This document shows, piece by piece, positions 52,016 through 63,589 of a stretch of 64,000 nucleotides of DNA. Source of the DNA: Chiloscyllium plagiosum (Eukaryota); assembly GCF_004010195.1 (NCBI RefSeq), contig NC_057718.1, positions 52,180,238 to 52,244,237 on the forward strand, given 5' to 3'. The notes under the pieces were generated by a model, which saw only the letters and a list, made by a program, of their open reading frames with translations, was not told the DNA's origin and did not search any database. Position 1 is the first letter of the stretch, and each line of letters opens with the position of its first letter. The translations under genes were made by a program, and so were the position numbers.

Positions 52016-53820
52016 AAAAGGGTAACTAAAGAGAGAATAGAGCCCCTCAAAGATCAGCAAGGCGGCTTTTGTGTGGAGCCGCAGGAGATGGGGGAGATAC
52101 TAAATGAGTATTTTGCATCAGTATTTACTGCGGAAAAGGATATGGAAGATATAGAATGTAGGGAAATAGATGGTGACATCTTGAAAAATGTCCATATTAC
52201 AGAGGAGGAAGTGCTGGATGCCTTGAAATGCATAAAAGTGGATAAATCTCCAGCATCTGATCAGGTTTACCCGAGAACTCTGTGGGAAGCTAGAGAAGTG
52301 ATTGCTGGGCCTCTTACTGAGATATTTTGCATCATTGATAGTCATAGGTAAGGAGCTAGAAGACTGGAGGTTGGCTAATGTGGTGCCACTGTTTAAGAAA
52401 GGAGGTAAGAACAAGCCAGGGAACTATAGACCGGTGACCCTGACATTGGTGGCAGGCAAGTTGTTGGAGGGAGTCCTGAGGGACAGGATGTACATGTATT
52501 TGGAAAGGCAAGGACTGATACGGGATAGTCAACATGGCTTTGTGCATGGGAAATCATGTCTTACAAACTTGATTGAATTTTTTGAAGAAGTAACAAAGAA
52601 GATTGATGAGGGCAGAGCAGTAGATGTGATCTATATGGACTTCAGTAAGGCATTTGACAAGGTTCCCCATGGGAGACTGGTTAGCAAGGTTAGATCTCAT
52701 GGAATACAGGGAGAACTAGCCATTTGGATACAGAACTGGCTCAAAGGTAGAAGACAGAGGGTGTTGGTGAATGATTGCTTTTTAGACTGGAGACCTGTGA
52801 CCAGTGAAGTGCCACAAGGATCGGTGCTGGATACACTACATTTATAAAAACGATTTGGATGTGAGCATAAGAGGTTTAGTAAGTTTGCAGATGATACCAA
52901 ATTGGAGGTGTAATGGACAGTGAAGAAGGTTATCTCAAATTACAATGGGATCTTGATGAGATGGGCCAATGGGCTGAGAAGTGGCAGATGGAGTTTAATT
53001 TAGAGAAGTGGCAGATGGAGTTTAATTTAGATAAATGTGAGGTGCTGCATTTTGGGAAAGAAAATCTTCGCAGGACATAGACACTAATGGTAAGGTTCTA
53101 GGGAGTGTTGCTGAACTAAGAGACCTTGGTTCATTGCTCCTTGAAAGTGGAGTTGCAGTAGATAGGATAGTGAAGAAGACATTTGGTATGCTTTCCTTTA
53201 TTGGTTAGAGTCTTGAGTACAGGAGTTGAGAGGTAATTTTGCAGCTGTACAGGACATTGGTTAGGCCACTGTTGGAATATTGTGTGCAATTCTGGTCTCC
53301 TTCCTATCAGAAAGATGTTGTAAAACTTGAAAGGGTTCAGAAAAGATTTCCAAGGATGTTGCCAGCGTTGGAGGATTTGAGCTATAGGGAGAGGTTGAAT
53401 AGGCTGGGACTGTTTTGCCAGAAATGTTGGAGGCTGAAGGGTGACCTTATAGAGGTTTTTTAAATCCTGAGGAGCATGGATAGGTGAAATAGAGAAAATA
53501 TTTTCCCTTGGGTGGGGGAGTCCAGAACTAGAAGTCATAGGTTTAGGGTGAGAGGGGAAAGACATAAAAGAGACCTAAGGGGCAACCTTTTCATGAGAGG
53601 GAGTGCATCTTTGAAATGAGCTGCCAGAGGAAGTGAGGCTGGCACAATTGCAACATTTAAAAGGCATTTGGATGAGTATATGAATAGGAAGGGTTTGGAG
53701 GGATATGGGCCAGGTGCTGGCAGGTGGGACTAGATTGGGTTGGGATATCTGGTCAGCATAGACAAGTTGGACCGAAGGGCCTGTTTCCGTGTTGTACATC
53801 TCTATGACTCTACGACTCTA
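52016..53820 (+). mobile_element. CR1 (HER1-type) LINE ORF2 fragment, ~1.8 kb, frameshifted
   Basis: WRLANVVPLFKKG..PGNYRPV..QHGF..SCLTNL..YMDFSKAFDKVPH; ctctatgactctacga tail. Confidence 0.96.
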
Positions 53821-55194
53821 AATGAAGAGTATAATGGAATACTCTCCCCTTGCCGAGATGAGTTGCACTCCAACTTCACTCAAAAAACTTGACATCATTT
53901 CAGAACAAGCATCCTGCTTGATTTGCACCATATCCACAAATATTCAGTCACTCTACCACTAATGCACAGTAACAGCAGAGTGTGTCAAATGCATGAGGCA
54001 CTTGGCAAATTCACTAAGGCTCCTTTGACAATGCTCTTCAAACCCGTGGCACTACTATCTAGAAAGAAATGGGCAACTGTTAAATGAGATCACCATCACT
54101 TGCAAGTTCCCCACAAAGCCACTCACAATCCTTACTGGGAAATATATTGCCATTCCTTCATATTGCTGGATCAAAATCATTGAACTCTCTTTCTCTGCTC
54201 AGATCTATGCTCTATACCTGGGCCAACGAGGAATAGGCAATAAATGCTAGTCTAGCCAGTAAAGCCCACAATTCATGCGTGAGTATCAAGAAAACCTCCA
54301 CACAAGATCACCCAAACTTCTTATTCATCAACCCCGCAATTGCACACACTCAAAGAGTGGTCCTTTAAATTCAGCAGACAGAACACAGAAGCAACTGCCT
54401 TAAATCAGGGACAACATCTTCTCTTCCCTAATGTTATTATATTCCATTGGGTCTCCTGAGGGATGCAGCACTCCATCTCTGAAGATCCCAAAAGAAAATT
54501 CATACCAGTATTGGGTCAGGAGAATCTTCGCATGGGCAGGCACAATGCTCAGCACAACTACTGCTCACAAGATTCAAGCTTGTCTCTCCTTAATGGCTAT
54601 TAGATTAAATGTATTAATTTCTATTAGTGTGATTAATTCATCTCATTTGCTGTGAATGCTTCACAAATTCAGATATAGTGCCTTCAATTTTGATTTTTAA
54701 AAAAAATTTTTAAGATGACAAACTTGTCTCTTTAGCTGTTAAAATAATTTGTTCAAGTTCTCATCTGATTGCATAAAAGTTAATTGAATTCCTTAATAAA
54801 TTAACCACCTTAACAAAACAACTCAAGTCTTAACTCCCATCTGCTAAACACACAGCAAGCCATAAAAGTACTAATTCTTTTGTAATGGTACAACCTAAAT
54901 CATTCAGCTCATGATATATACTATATGAGGTTATAATTCATCCAAGTAGACAATGTGGCAGACTAGACTATGATGTTCCTGTTAAATGTGAATTGGATTC
55001 CACAGTTCCTAATTATTTCTTAAGCAGGTCAACTACCATTGAAATAGCAACCTTATCAGAATCAAACATCTTTGCAATTTTTATTCCTCATCAGAATGTT
55101 GCCATTGCTCTCTGAAGTTGCTTATTAAGCCTCTCACTAGTACCTGGGAAAGGGCAGAGTCAATACAATTGGTGTAGCACTGAACTGGAGCCAG

Positions 55195-55500
55195 AGAATT
55201 ATATAATCCCTTTAGTGCAGAAAGAGCCATTCAGCCCACTGGGTCTGCACTGACCCCCCACCCCGAAGAGCATCCCACCCTGATTCGCACCCCCACACCA
55301 TCCCCGTAACCCACATGGTGTTTTTACAGGGCTAACCCACTTCACCTGCACATCACTGGTTTTTTCCTTTTTTAGCATAGCCAATCCAGCTAAACTTCAC
55401 ATCTTTGGACTGTGCACCCATGCAAACATGGGGAGAACATGCAAACTCCACACATAGTCACCCAAGGATGGAATTGAACCTGGGTCCCTGGCACTTGTGA
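55195..55500 (-). mobile_element. HE1-type V-SINE, degenerate
   Basis: catctttggactgtg..ggggagaacatgcaaactccaca..ggaattgaacctgggtccctggc. Confidence 0.82.
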
Positions 55501-56142
55501 TGGTGTGGTTGAAAGTATAAATGGAAATGCCCAGAAACTGTAGTTCCTTCACTTCCACCTTAGCTTCACAAAAAATAGCATTTTGCTGTTTGGCTCTTCA
55601 TAGATTTTATGACATGAAGGTGTGTTGTGAAAGTGAACTATGCTCTTTTCAAATATTTGGTGCCAGTAATTTGTCAGTGCTACAACTTTCAACTACCTGA
55701 GAGATACCCTGAGCTGGCACATTGAATTTTAAAATAGCAACATCGGAATTAAGTCAACATTACATGCTAACTAACATCATGTTCTATTTCCTCTACATAT
55801 CCTCGTGGACATTTGTGACGCACAATTGCCAAAATGGCATCTGGTGTGGTGCATCTCTGAGATACGTATGCCATTTAGACTCAAAACCTACTCATAAAAC
55901 CAAACAAACAGGCACTGTTCATTCTAATTTTGCACCATGGGGCTTTCGATTCCCATTGTTGGCCATCTAATTACTTAGTACCTTAATAAAAACAAAGCAG
56001 CGTGGATTCTAAGTTATGTTTGATTTGCTATAAATAATCTTGTGGTGAGCAGTAAAAAACACATTTCCACAAGTGAACACTTATCCTGACAGTATTAAAA
56101 TAGACAAATTTAGGGAGATTTTGAGAAGCATGCTCACTGTCA

Positions 56143-56418
56143 CTGAGTCATAGAGATGTACAGCATGGAAACAGACTCTTTGGTCCAACCCCTCCATGCC
56201 GACCAGATATCCCAACCCAATCTAGTCCCACCTGCCAGCAACCGGCCCGTATCCCTCCAAACCCTTCCTATTCATATATCCATCCAAATGCCTCTTAAAT
56301 GTTGCAATTGTACCAGCCTCCACCACTTCCTCTGGCAGCTCATTCCATACACGTACTACCCTCTGCGTGAAAATGTTGCCCCTTGGCTATCTTTTATATC
56401 TTTCCCCTCTCACCCTCC
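56143..56418 (-). mobile_element. CR1 3' fragment
   Basis: gagtcatagagatgtacagcatggaaacag..., same as 2743-2926. Confidence 0.92.
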
Positions 56419-56439
56419 ATGAAGACTGTTCACTTCAGT

Positions 56440-56910
56440 GCACATAACGCTGATCAATTCCACCCCTGCCTCGACTCACAGCTACTCAAACCATGATTTG
56501 GTCTCTCTGCATTTCATTACTTCAATATACACAAGCCACCTTCCTTCTTCTAAACTTTATAATCTTTGAGTCATCCAGACCTCTATTGCTGGCATTCTAA
56601 CTATGTTCCCTTCATTGGTAAACCCATGCTCATTGCTCTACCAAAAAACCAATGTCTCTATTTTAAATTTCTTACCTTTGTTTTCAAATTACCCCATGGC
56701 ATCTAAACTCCAGTAGTTCTGATGTTTTGTAATCCCACTGTTAAATTGTGATGGTTGTGCCTTCAATGGTTGAGGCCTGAAGCTCTGGAATTCCCTCCTA
56801 AATTATTATGCCTCACGACTTCTCTCTCCCATCTTTTAAGAAACTCCTCAAATCCTAACTCTTTGACCAAGGTTTTGTTCAGCTGTCCTTGTAACTCCTT
56901 ACATGTGTCA
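56440..56910 (+). mobile_element. L2-type LINE 3' fragment, old
   Basis: ttttaaatttcttacctttgttttcaaat; gctctggaattccctccctaaa..tttaagaaactcctcaaatcctaactctttgaccaag. Confidence 0.6.
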
Positions 56911-56924
56911 ATGTCATTTTTTTT

Positions 56925-57535
56925 ATTTTGCCATGCGAGCATTGTCAGTGTGGTCAGCATTTATTGCCCACTCCCAATCGCTTTTAAGAAGGGAGTGGTT
57001 AGCTTCTTTCTTGAACCACTGCAGAGACACCCTCAATGCTGCTGGGTTCCAGTATATTGATGCAGCAACAATGACGGTATTGACACACAATTTCAAGTTA
57101 GTATTGTGTGAGACTTGGAGTGGAAATTGCAAGTAATGGTGTTCCATGCATCTCTTTCCCTTGTCCTTGTATGTGATAGAGGAAAGTGTTGTCAAAGGAG
57201 GCCTGGTGAATTGCTGCTGTGTGCCTTTAGATGGAATACACTGCTGTCACAATGCAAGTGGATTGAGTAAATGCTTAACTGTGCAAGAAATGCCAAAACA
57301 AGTAGGCCTACATGATGAACAAGCTGCTCAAGAGTTGTTGGAGCTGCCCGTCTAGGAAAGAGGAGAGCATTTGATCATATTCCAGAATTAACGCTATTAT
57401 AGATGAAGGACTGGTTGTTGGGAGAGGGGGAGGGCGGTTAAGAGACAAGCTACAGTAATTGTCACCAAATTCCCAGCATCTGATCTCTTCTTGTTACAGT
57501 ATTTGATTGGCCCAGTTAGATTCCTAGTCAAAGTT
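56925..57535 (-). mobile_element. Family X LINE 3' fragment
   Basis: ggtcagcatttattgccca tail; ttcttgaaccactgcag; ggaaattgcaagtaatggtgttcc. Confidence 0.72.
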
Positions 57536-59562
57536 GATAGATCAAAATATTGATACATAATGTTCCCGGAAAGGGCCTTGGAATATTATTGTATTAAATA
57601 CATGACACATTGCATTGCAGTTAACAAATTACCAAATATATGGAAGGATTACATTATCAAATTTCAGTAGGGAAAACCAAGTTCTGAATTCCCAGAAAAG
57701 TTCTAACTCAGAATTCAGATACTTTAACAAATCATAAATTCAATTGATTTCTCAATCTTAATCGAGTACTTAATGCCTCACCTTTACAATACAAAATAGC
57801 TATCAGAAACAGCAATCCAACAGACCACCGGTTCCACAAATGCTACTTCAAGACTAATCTCTTCATAACGGCATGGTCCTACATGAATCTTAATTTCCAC
57901 TCAAACTCGGCCCTGGTTATGTGTGGATTTATCATGAGATAATTGCTCAGTTGAGACATTCATACCAGGCCTTAATCAAAGTTGTAACATTGGGTGACAG
58001 GCTGAAATCAGCATTAGCAAGATCCCCCAAACAGATTCAATGGAGCAAGAATTCATGTCCTGCAGCACAAGGAATTACTTCAAGGTGTCCAAGCAGATAA
58101 AAATTATATGCATTTCTATGCTTGCTTGACTCTATCTCAGGCTATTAATGGCTCTGATAGTCAGCAACTTCAATAGTCTATTGAATCTACATTTATCTAA
58201 TGAACTAAACCTATGGTCGTTTTTACCAGGTCTTGGAGCAAATCAATGTGTTGACTGGAAGCACTGAACTTGTTGTGGGGAAAATCATCTCTCTCACCCT
58301 CGGAGCATATTTTATATTTTTCATGGTATAATGGCCCAGATATCGAGTCCTTGTTTGTGCAGCATGGTTTGTTTACAGAAAACATTACAGAGTCATTGTC
58401 AGTTTCAGAGGAATGTTACAGAGTCATTGTCAGTTTCAGCTGCAACGCAGAAGTCCAGTGCTGCAGTAATTGGTCGTGATCATTCCTCCTGAGAAGGAAG
58501 AGCGTTTTCCATTACTGCAAATCTAAGGTATTAACACTTGTATACAAGCAGTCTCAGGTAGCTAACATTTCTATTGAAAGTGGTGTCTGGACTCAGACAC
58601 TTTCACATGCAGTAGATGTTACTGATGTGTATTCTCTCCCAAACCCACCTTAAACTAATTATCTATGTATTGTGTCTATTGTGCTGGTATCTTGTTGGCC
58701 TCAGGCAGTATCTATATATGCCTGGCTGTACTTTTTCATGTAATGGCTCAGCAGCCACCATGTGTGCTAAGTGACCAACTTAACGGCTCAGTGGCCATCT
58801 TGGGTCTGTGTGCTCCATGCTAACTCCCACTTCAAACTCAAATAATTAGTAATGAATTGGCCTACCCATTCCAATATCATAGGAATGTACAAGTGGATTG
58901 AATTGTTTGGGACTAACATTCTTCTAGATGAAGTGTCATACCTCCATAACAGTGGAACACCAGAGTTACAAATCAAAAGGTAAGAGTCCAATATGATAAT
59001 CAGACATTGAGTTGGATATTTTCAGAGATACTTGAAGTTGTGAATGAAAGTGGATGGTGGGGTTGCACAGAAAATAGCAGCATCAGGCGGTGTGACAATT
59101 TCAAGACGCCATTCCTTGCGCTAACACTAATCACAAGGGCAGGAATCTTACTTTGCTTTGAAGAAAATTGAATCAATTTCAAACTTTTTTCAGAGCTTGA
59201 CAAAAGTGTCTTACAAGAGCAGACAGTTTACTCATCTCCCTTAAGAAGTAGGCACAGAGTTAGGAGCCAGATGTGACTGTCTCAGAATATTGTCAAGACC
59301 TAATAAGAGGGTGAAAAGCATTTGGTAAGGGGTACTTTGTCGCTGAATAGGTGACAAGGAGAGTGAGCATTCAGTGGCCAGGATTTAAATATGGACAGCA
59401 GCATCGGGGCAGAAGAACAGGGGAGCAAGTCTACCAAGGACAATGGGAGGTGACCTGCCCAGAAAGAAGGTTCCAGGTGCCATTAAATTCACGTGGCTTT
59501 GAACTTAGTAAGATTTTACTCTTCCCATTTCCTCTATCACTCAATTCTCGGGAACGGAAGAC

Positions 59563-60000
59563 ATCATGCATTGCATGTGCGTGACTATCATGCCAACTGC
59601 TGACTGGTCAGTGAGATCCATGAACAAGAAGCACCTCTAATCCCTCAATGTCCAATTAATCTGCAAGCAAGACAAGAGCTTCCTCAATCATGCACTTGCT
59701 TTCCTGTCAGCTGCAGTGGCAACTTCATCCTCTGCTAGTCCAAGCTACCTCAGACCGAAGATGTATAGCTGGCTCAGAAAGGACTAGTGGTTACCTAGAT
59801 CGGTGGCTTTTGACATTTCTGTGAAAACTCCATGTGGAGGTACAGAGTTAATACAGCTAATATCTTCCAACCAGTCAGATAATCATCAATTGGTCATTGG
59901 GCTTTAGGAGATAGGCTTCTAATGCCTGCCCAGTGCTGTCCAGTAACTTCCTCCAAGAGTCTGAGTCATTGCAGTGATCTGCTGCATTCTCCACATTATG
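59563..60000 (+). mobile_element. Degenerate PIF/Harbinger (HARBI1-like DDE) transposase
   Basis: IMHCMCVTI..MNKKHL*SLNVQLIC..CTCFPVSCSGNFIL..VIAVICCILH, matching IDCTHV..NRKGFHSLNVQLVC..PGSxHD..CCxLHN. Confidence 0.85.
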
Positions 60001-60242
60001 ACTCCAGTGAGGTTCTGGCCTTGAGGATAGTGAAACCTTGGAAGGATCAGCTCATCACAGGAGCGGCAAAAGGTGAGGGAGGAGGAGGAAGATGTGGCAG
60101 AAGGAAATAATAGTTAATGAGGAGCCTGCTTCTGCCTCCTCTAGCCCACAGTCTCCAGAATGAGATCCAGGTTGACATGAATGAAGCAAGGGGTTGCTGA
60201 TCCCTGGATGGGATGCCTCTGGCTCTACTGTGACAAATGGCT

Positions 60243-60605
60243 TTCAAATGTTATAACTCTTACTTCCATTTACCACTTCTGCTGCAAGTTTATTCCACAC
60301 ACAAACCACTGTCTGTGTAAAGAAAATGCCCCATGTATCCTTTTTAAGTCTTTCTCTTCTCACCTTAAAAATATGCCCCCTGGTTTTGAACTCCCCCACT
60401 CTAGGGAATAGACCCTTGTTATTCACCTAATTTATACCTCCCAAGATTTTATAAACCTCAATAATATCACCACTCAACTCCTGCACTGCAGTGAAAAATG
60501 TCTCAGTCTTTCAACTTTACTTTTATATCTCAAACTCTTCATTCCTGGCAACATCCTGGGAAATCTTTTCTGAACCCTCTCTAATTTAATAGTATCTTTC
60601 CTATT
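60243..60605 (-). mobile_element. CR1 fragment
   Basis: LFPRVGEFKTRGHIFKVRRERLKKD..FFTQTVVCVWNKL. Confidence 0.88.
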
Positions 60606-61200
60606 CATAGGAATCAAGCTGTTTCAACGTTTATCATATCAGTTTCTTTCAGAGGTGTAAATGCAAGGTGGTACAAGTGAGAAAGTAAATGGTTTTCAAG
60701 GACATCTGTCCATTGAAACTAATTTTGCAGGCATGATAATAAACCCCCACAGAACAGACCCTAATTCGAACACAAAATCTTATGCATTAACACAAAATCT
60801 CTTGATAGTTTCCCTATGGTTTTATTTTTATCATTTTCAGAAATGAAATCCAATTTCTTTTATGTAAGAGCACTGCATAACCTAGGGAGATAAGATAATA
60901 GTAAGCTGTGGAATGATTAAACATAGATGGATCATATGCAATTTCAGTAATTTTTCCCAGTGAGGTAGATGTTTCTTTTCTGAAAGAACAACTTCCATTT
61001 CAATCATATAACTTATTCAGGAAAATGTAATAAGGCTTAGAGGTTGAAGAAAGACGGACATCAAATCAAAAAAAGAATAAAAGATTGGGTAGCAAAGGCT
61101 AGCCAACAAAAAGACTTTTAAAGAAGCTTTTGGAAGCAGGGATGCAGTTGGTAAAATAGAGGAATTTCAACAGTGAGTTCCTGAGGGGAGATGTAATGTT

Positions 61201-61481
61201 CTCAAAGATAAAAGGTGATAAAATAAGGAAAAAAAAACAGGCGTTAAATAATTGAAGAGCACATTTGGAATGTGCAGCCACAGGGAGTTTTTAGATTGGG
61301 GAAGTAAGGTATGAAGCAATTTAAGGTTGGATTCAAGATACTCAAAGATAAAAGGTGGTAAAATAAGGAAAAAAAAACAGGCATTAAATAATTGAAGAGC
61401 ACATTTGGAATGTGCAGCCACAGGGAGTTGTTTTGATTGGGGAAGTAAGGTATGAAGCAATTTAAGGTTGGATTCAAGATA
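61201..61481. repeat. Tandem duplication, 2 x ~140 bp
   Basis: Copies at 61201-61340 and 61341-61481 differ at only a few positions. Confidence 0.95.
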
Positions 61482-61589
61482 ATGCCTGTATCCAGGAGAA
61501 AGAAAATCAATTCACTCAGACCTCTCAGCTCCAGAAATATTGCTAAACGACAACATCAAGATTCTCTCTGTTTTCTTCTTCTTAGCAGT

Positions 61590-62900
61590 AATGCCGATGT
61601 AGACCAACACCTACAAGTTCACTTTCAATTGGTTCAGTCAGATCAATGGAGTAGCAATATGTACCCTTATATTACCTTTGAGATTGTATATGAGCACCGG
61701 GTTGTTCTATATTCCTTGATCTGTTCTGGGTGGCCACAACTGCACTCTGGAGAGCTTTCCATTTTTCATTTATGCGCCAAACATTTGCATCTGTCATGGT
61801 TGCTGCAGATTTGATTTATCACGGCCCCAAAGCTGAGCTGAACATCAAAACCAGGTACTTTCAACAAATGTCTTTTTTGAGGTGTTTGTGATTTCTAGTG
61901 AACACACTTCAGCTTTTTGAGCTTTATTAAAACAAAATTTATCATGATCTAACTTAAGGTTATTGTGTCCAAAAGGGTTTGTGCTTCTTTAAATGTTTTT
62001 TCAGTGACATTGTTGAGGTTCAGGTAAATTACTTCATTTCCTGGACTTTCCCAAAGGTTTGGGGCATCATGCTGAATGGAGGGACAGAAGTGTGTGACTG
62101 CTCATGGGAGTTTGGAGTTAGGCTACACAACACAACACAATACAACAGTGATGTCCAGATAAACATTTCGAACTTGAACATTGTTATTTATGGTCTGTAC
62201 TGGTGTATGGCTGTGGAGTACACAAAGACCACCACTGATAAACAAGGCACTGTGTTTGCCACTCTCAGCTGGTGTTTGTTAGTATCTGCCTGATTGGGGA
62301 GGCACAATAGCACTATGGTAAGCACTGTTGCCTCACAGCACCGGGGACCCAGGCTCAATTCCAGCCTCGGGTGACTGTCTGTGTGCAGTTTGTACATTCT
62401 CCCCGTGTCTGCATAGGTTTCCACTGCGTGCTCTGGTTTCCTCCCACAGTCCAAAGAAATGCAGGTTGGGTGGATTGACCATGCTAAATTGCCCATAATA
62501 TCCAAGGATGTGTAGGCTTGGTGGATTAGCCATGGGAAATACAGGGCTACAGAGACTGGGTAGGGAGGTGGGCCTGGGTGGGATGCTCTTTGGCAAACTC
62601 AATGGGCTGAATGGACTGCTTCCATACTGTAGGAATTCTATGATCGTCTGTTGTCTTCATAGCGGCAGCTAGTTTCTCCAGTTAGTCAAGGAATGATTAA
62701 CAGTTCAGCTATACTCCAATATAAGTTAGAGTGGGATTGTGTCACATTGCAAAAATGGTGAACACTTGCAAGGTGTATTGAGTGTTTATGTTATCAAGGT
62801 GGAATGCAGTGACTTGTGCTTTAGAAGTTCAGTTTGAGAATCTATTTCCATAAATATTGCTCCGTGGTATTTAGTTTTCTATCCTTTCATTACTAAAGGA
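61590..62900 (-). mobile_element. Ingi/Vingi-like LINE remnant, interrupted by a SINE
   Basis: Minus peptides KAQVTAFHLDN..YIGV*LN, LSVVVFVYSTA and NQICSNHDRCKCLAHK*KMESSPECSCGHPEQ (C-terminal zinc finger) in the expected order. Confidence 0.7.
62297..62643 (+). mobile_element. HE1-type V-SINE
   Basis: agcactgttgcctcacagcaccggggacccaggctcaattccagcctcgggtgactgtctgtgtg, V domain, attctatga tail. Confidence 0.9.
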
Positions 62901-63227
62901 AGTCATCTGCACTAAAACTTCAAACTACCTGGTACACTTAGCTACCTAATGCTGCTGATCTGTGATCTATCGAAAGCTTTAAATCAAATTAGACACAGAC
63001 TTCTGGTATAATTTAAAATACTGTATCCATTAGGAGGATGCACTGATTCAAAGTGATTTGCTAAAAGTAGCAAATGTATTGAGAAAAATATTGTTCAGAC
63101 AGTGAGTGATTCATTTTCAGATTAGAATTTATGAGTACAGTGACAGATCAGGAAAATGTTGAGGGGATTGTGTTATCTGGACTCTTTTTACCATGAGGCA
63201 ATTACATCTCTGAGGATAAAGCCTCAA

Positions 63228-63264
63228 TCTGATCTCCAGCATCTGCAGTCCTCACTTTCTCCTA
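63228..63264 (+). mobile_element. Isolated PLE family A tail
   Basis: tctgatctccagcatctgcagtcctcactttctcct; flanking tcaatctgat / tcaacctgat. Confidence 0.8.
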
Positions 63265-63409
63265 GTCAACCTGATTTGCGCAGTGTTCTGGGAGAGAAGA
63301 GTACAATTACAAGAGAGAGCAGTAAGGAGACTTAGGAGGGAGGAGCGCAGGAACCTCAGTCTTTGCAGCTGTCCAACAGATCGAATTTCTTTCAGCTTGC
63401 TTGGATGAC

Positions 63410-63589
63410 AGTTGAAACTTTATTGCTGGAACAGCACAGCAGGTCAGGCAGCATCCAGGGAACAGGAGATTCGACGTTTCGGGCACAGGCCCTTCTTCAG
63501 GAATGCTGGATGCTGCCTGACCTGCTGTGCTGTTCCAGCAATAAAGTTTCAACTTTGATCTCCAGCATCTGCTGACCTCACTTTCTCCT
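63410..63589 (+). mobile_element. PLE family A palindromic insertion, young
   Basis: Perfect arms agttgaaactttattgctggaacagcacagcaggtcaggcagcatccag and its reverse complement; TSD tggatgacagt (63402-63412 / 63589-63599). Confidence 0.9.
63469..63504 (-). ncRNA. Minimal type I hammerhead ribozyme motif with intact core
   Basis: Minus strand ATTC-CTGAAGA-A-GGGC(CTGT)GCCC-GAA-AC-GT-C-GAAT: helix I 4 bp, helix II 4 bp, palindromic ACGT helix III, GUC cleavage triplet. Confidence 0.82.

Larger units (their letters stand above)
49684..54285 (+). mobile_element. Family X LINE broken into three pieces (49684-50017, 51981-52015, 53821-54285) by two CR1 insertions
   Basis: The pieces are colinear with the uninterrupted copy at 38570-39200; tail ggcaataaatgctagtctagccagt. 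Confidence 0.82.
2988..59050 (-). pseudogene. Putative decayed multi-exon gene: several death-domain-like segments followed by Ser/Thr kinase-like segments
   Basis: Minus-strand AG/GT-bounded segments in repeat-free islands (2988-3222, 3345-3436, 8140-8881, 16230-16483, 16595-16681, 29042-29071; single sites at 15298, 24687, 30859, 41328, 45646, 57782) and frame-broken DD-like and kinase-like peptides. By-eye homology only. Confidence 0.45.

Noticed and set aside
58385..58439. 24-bp direct repeat with 7-bp spacer
   Set aside because: Simple local duplication with no sign of function.
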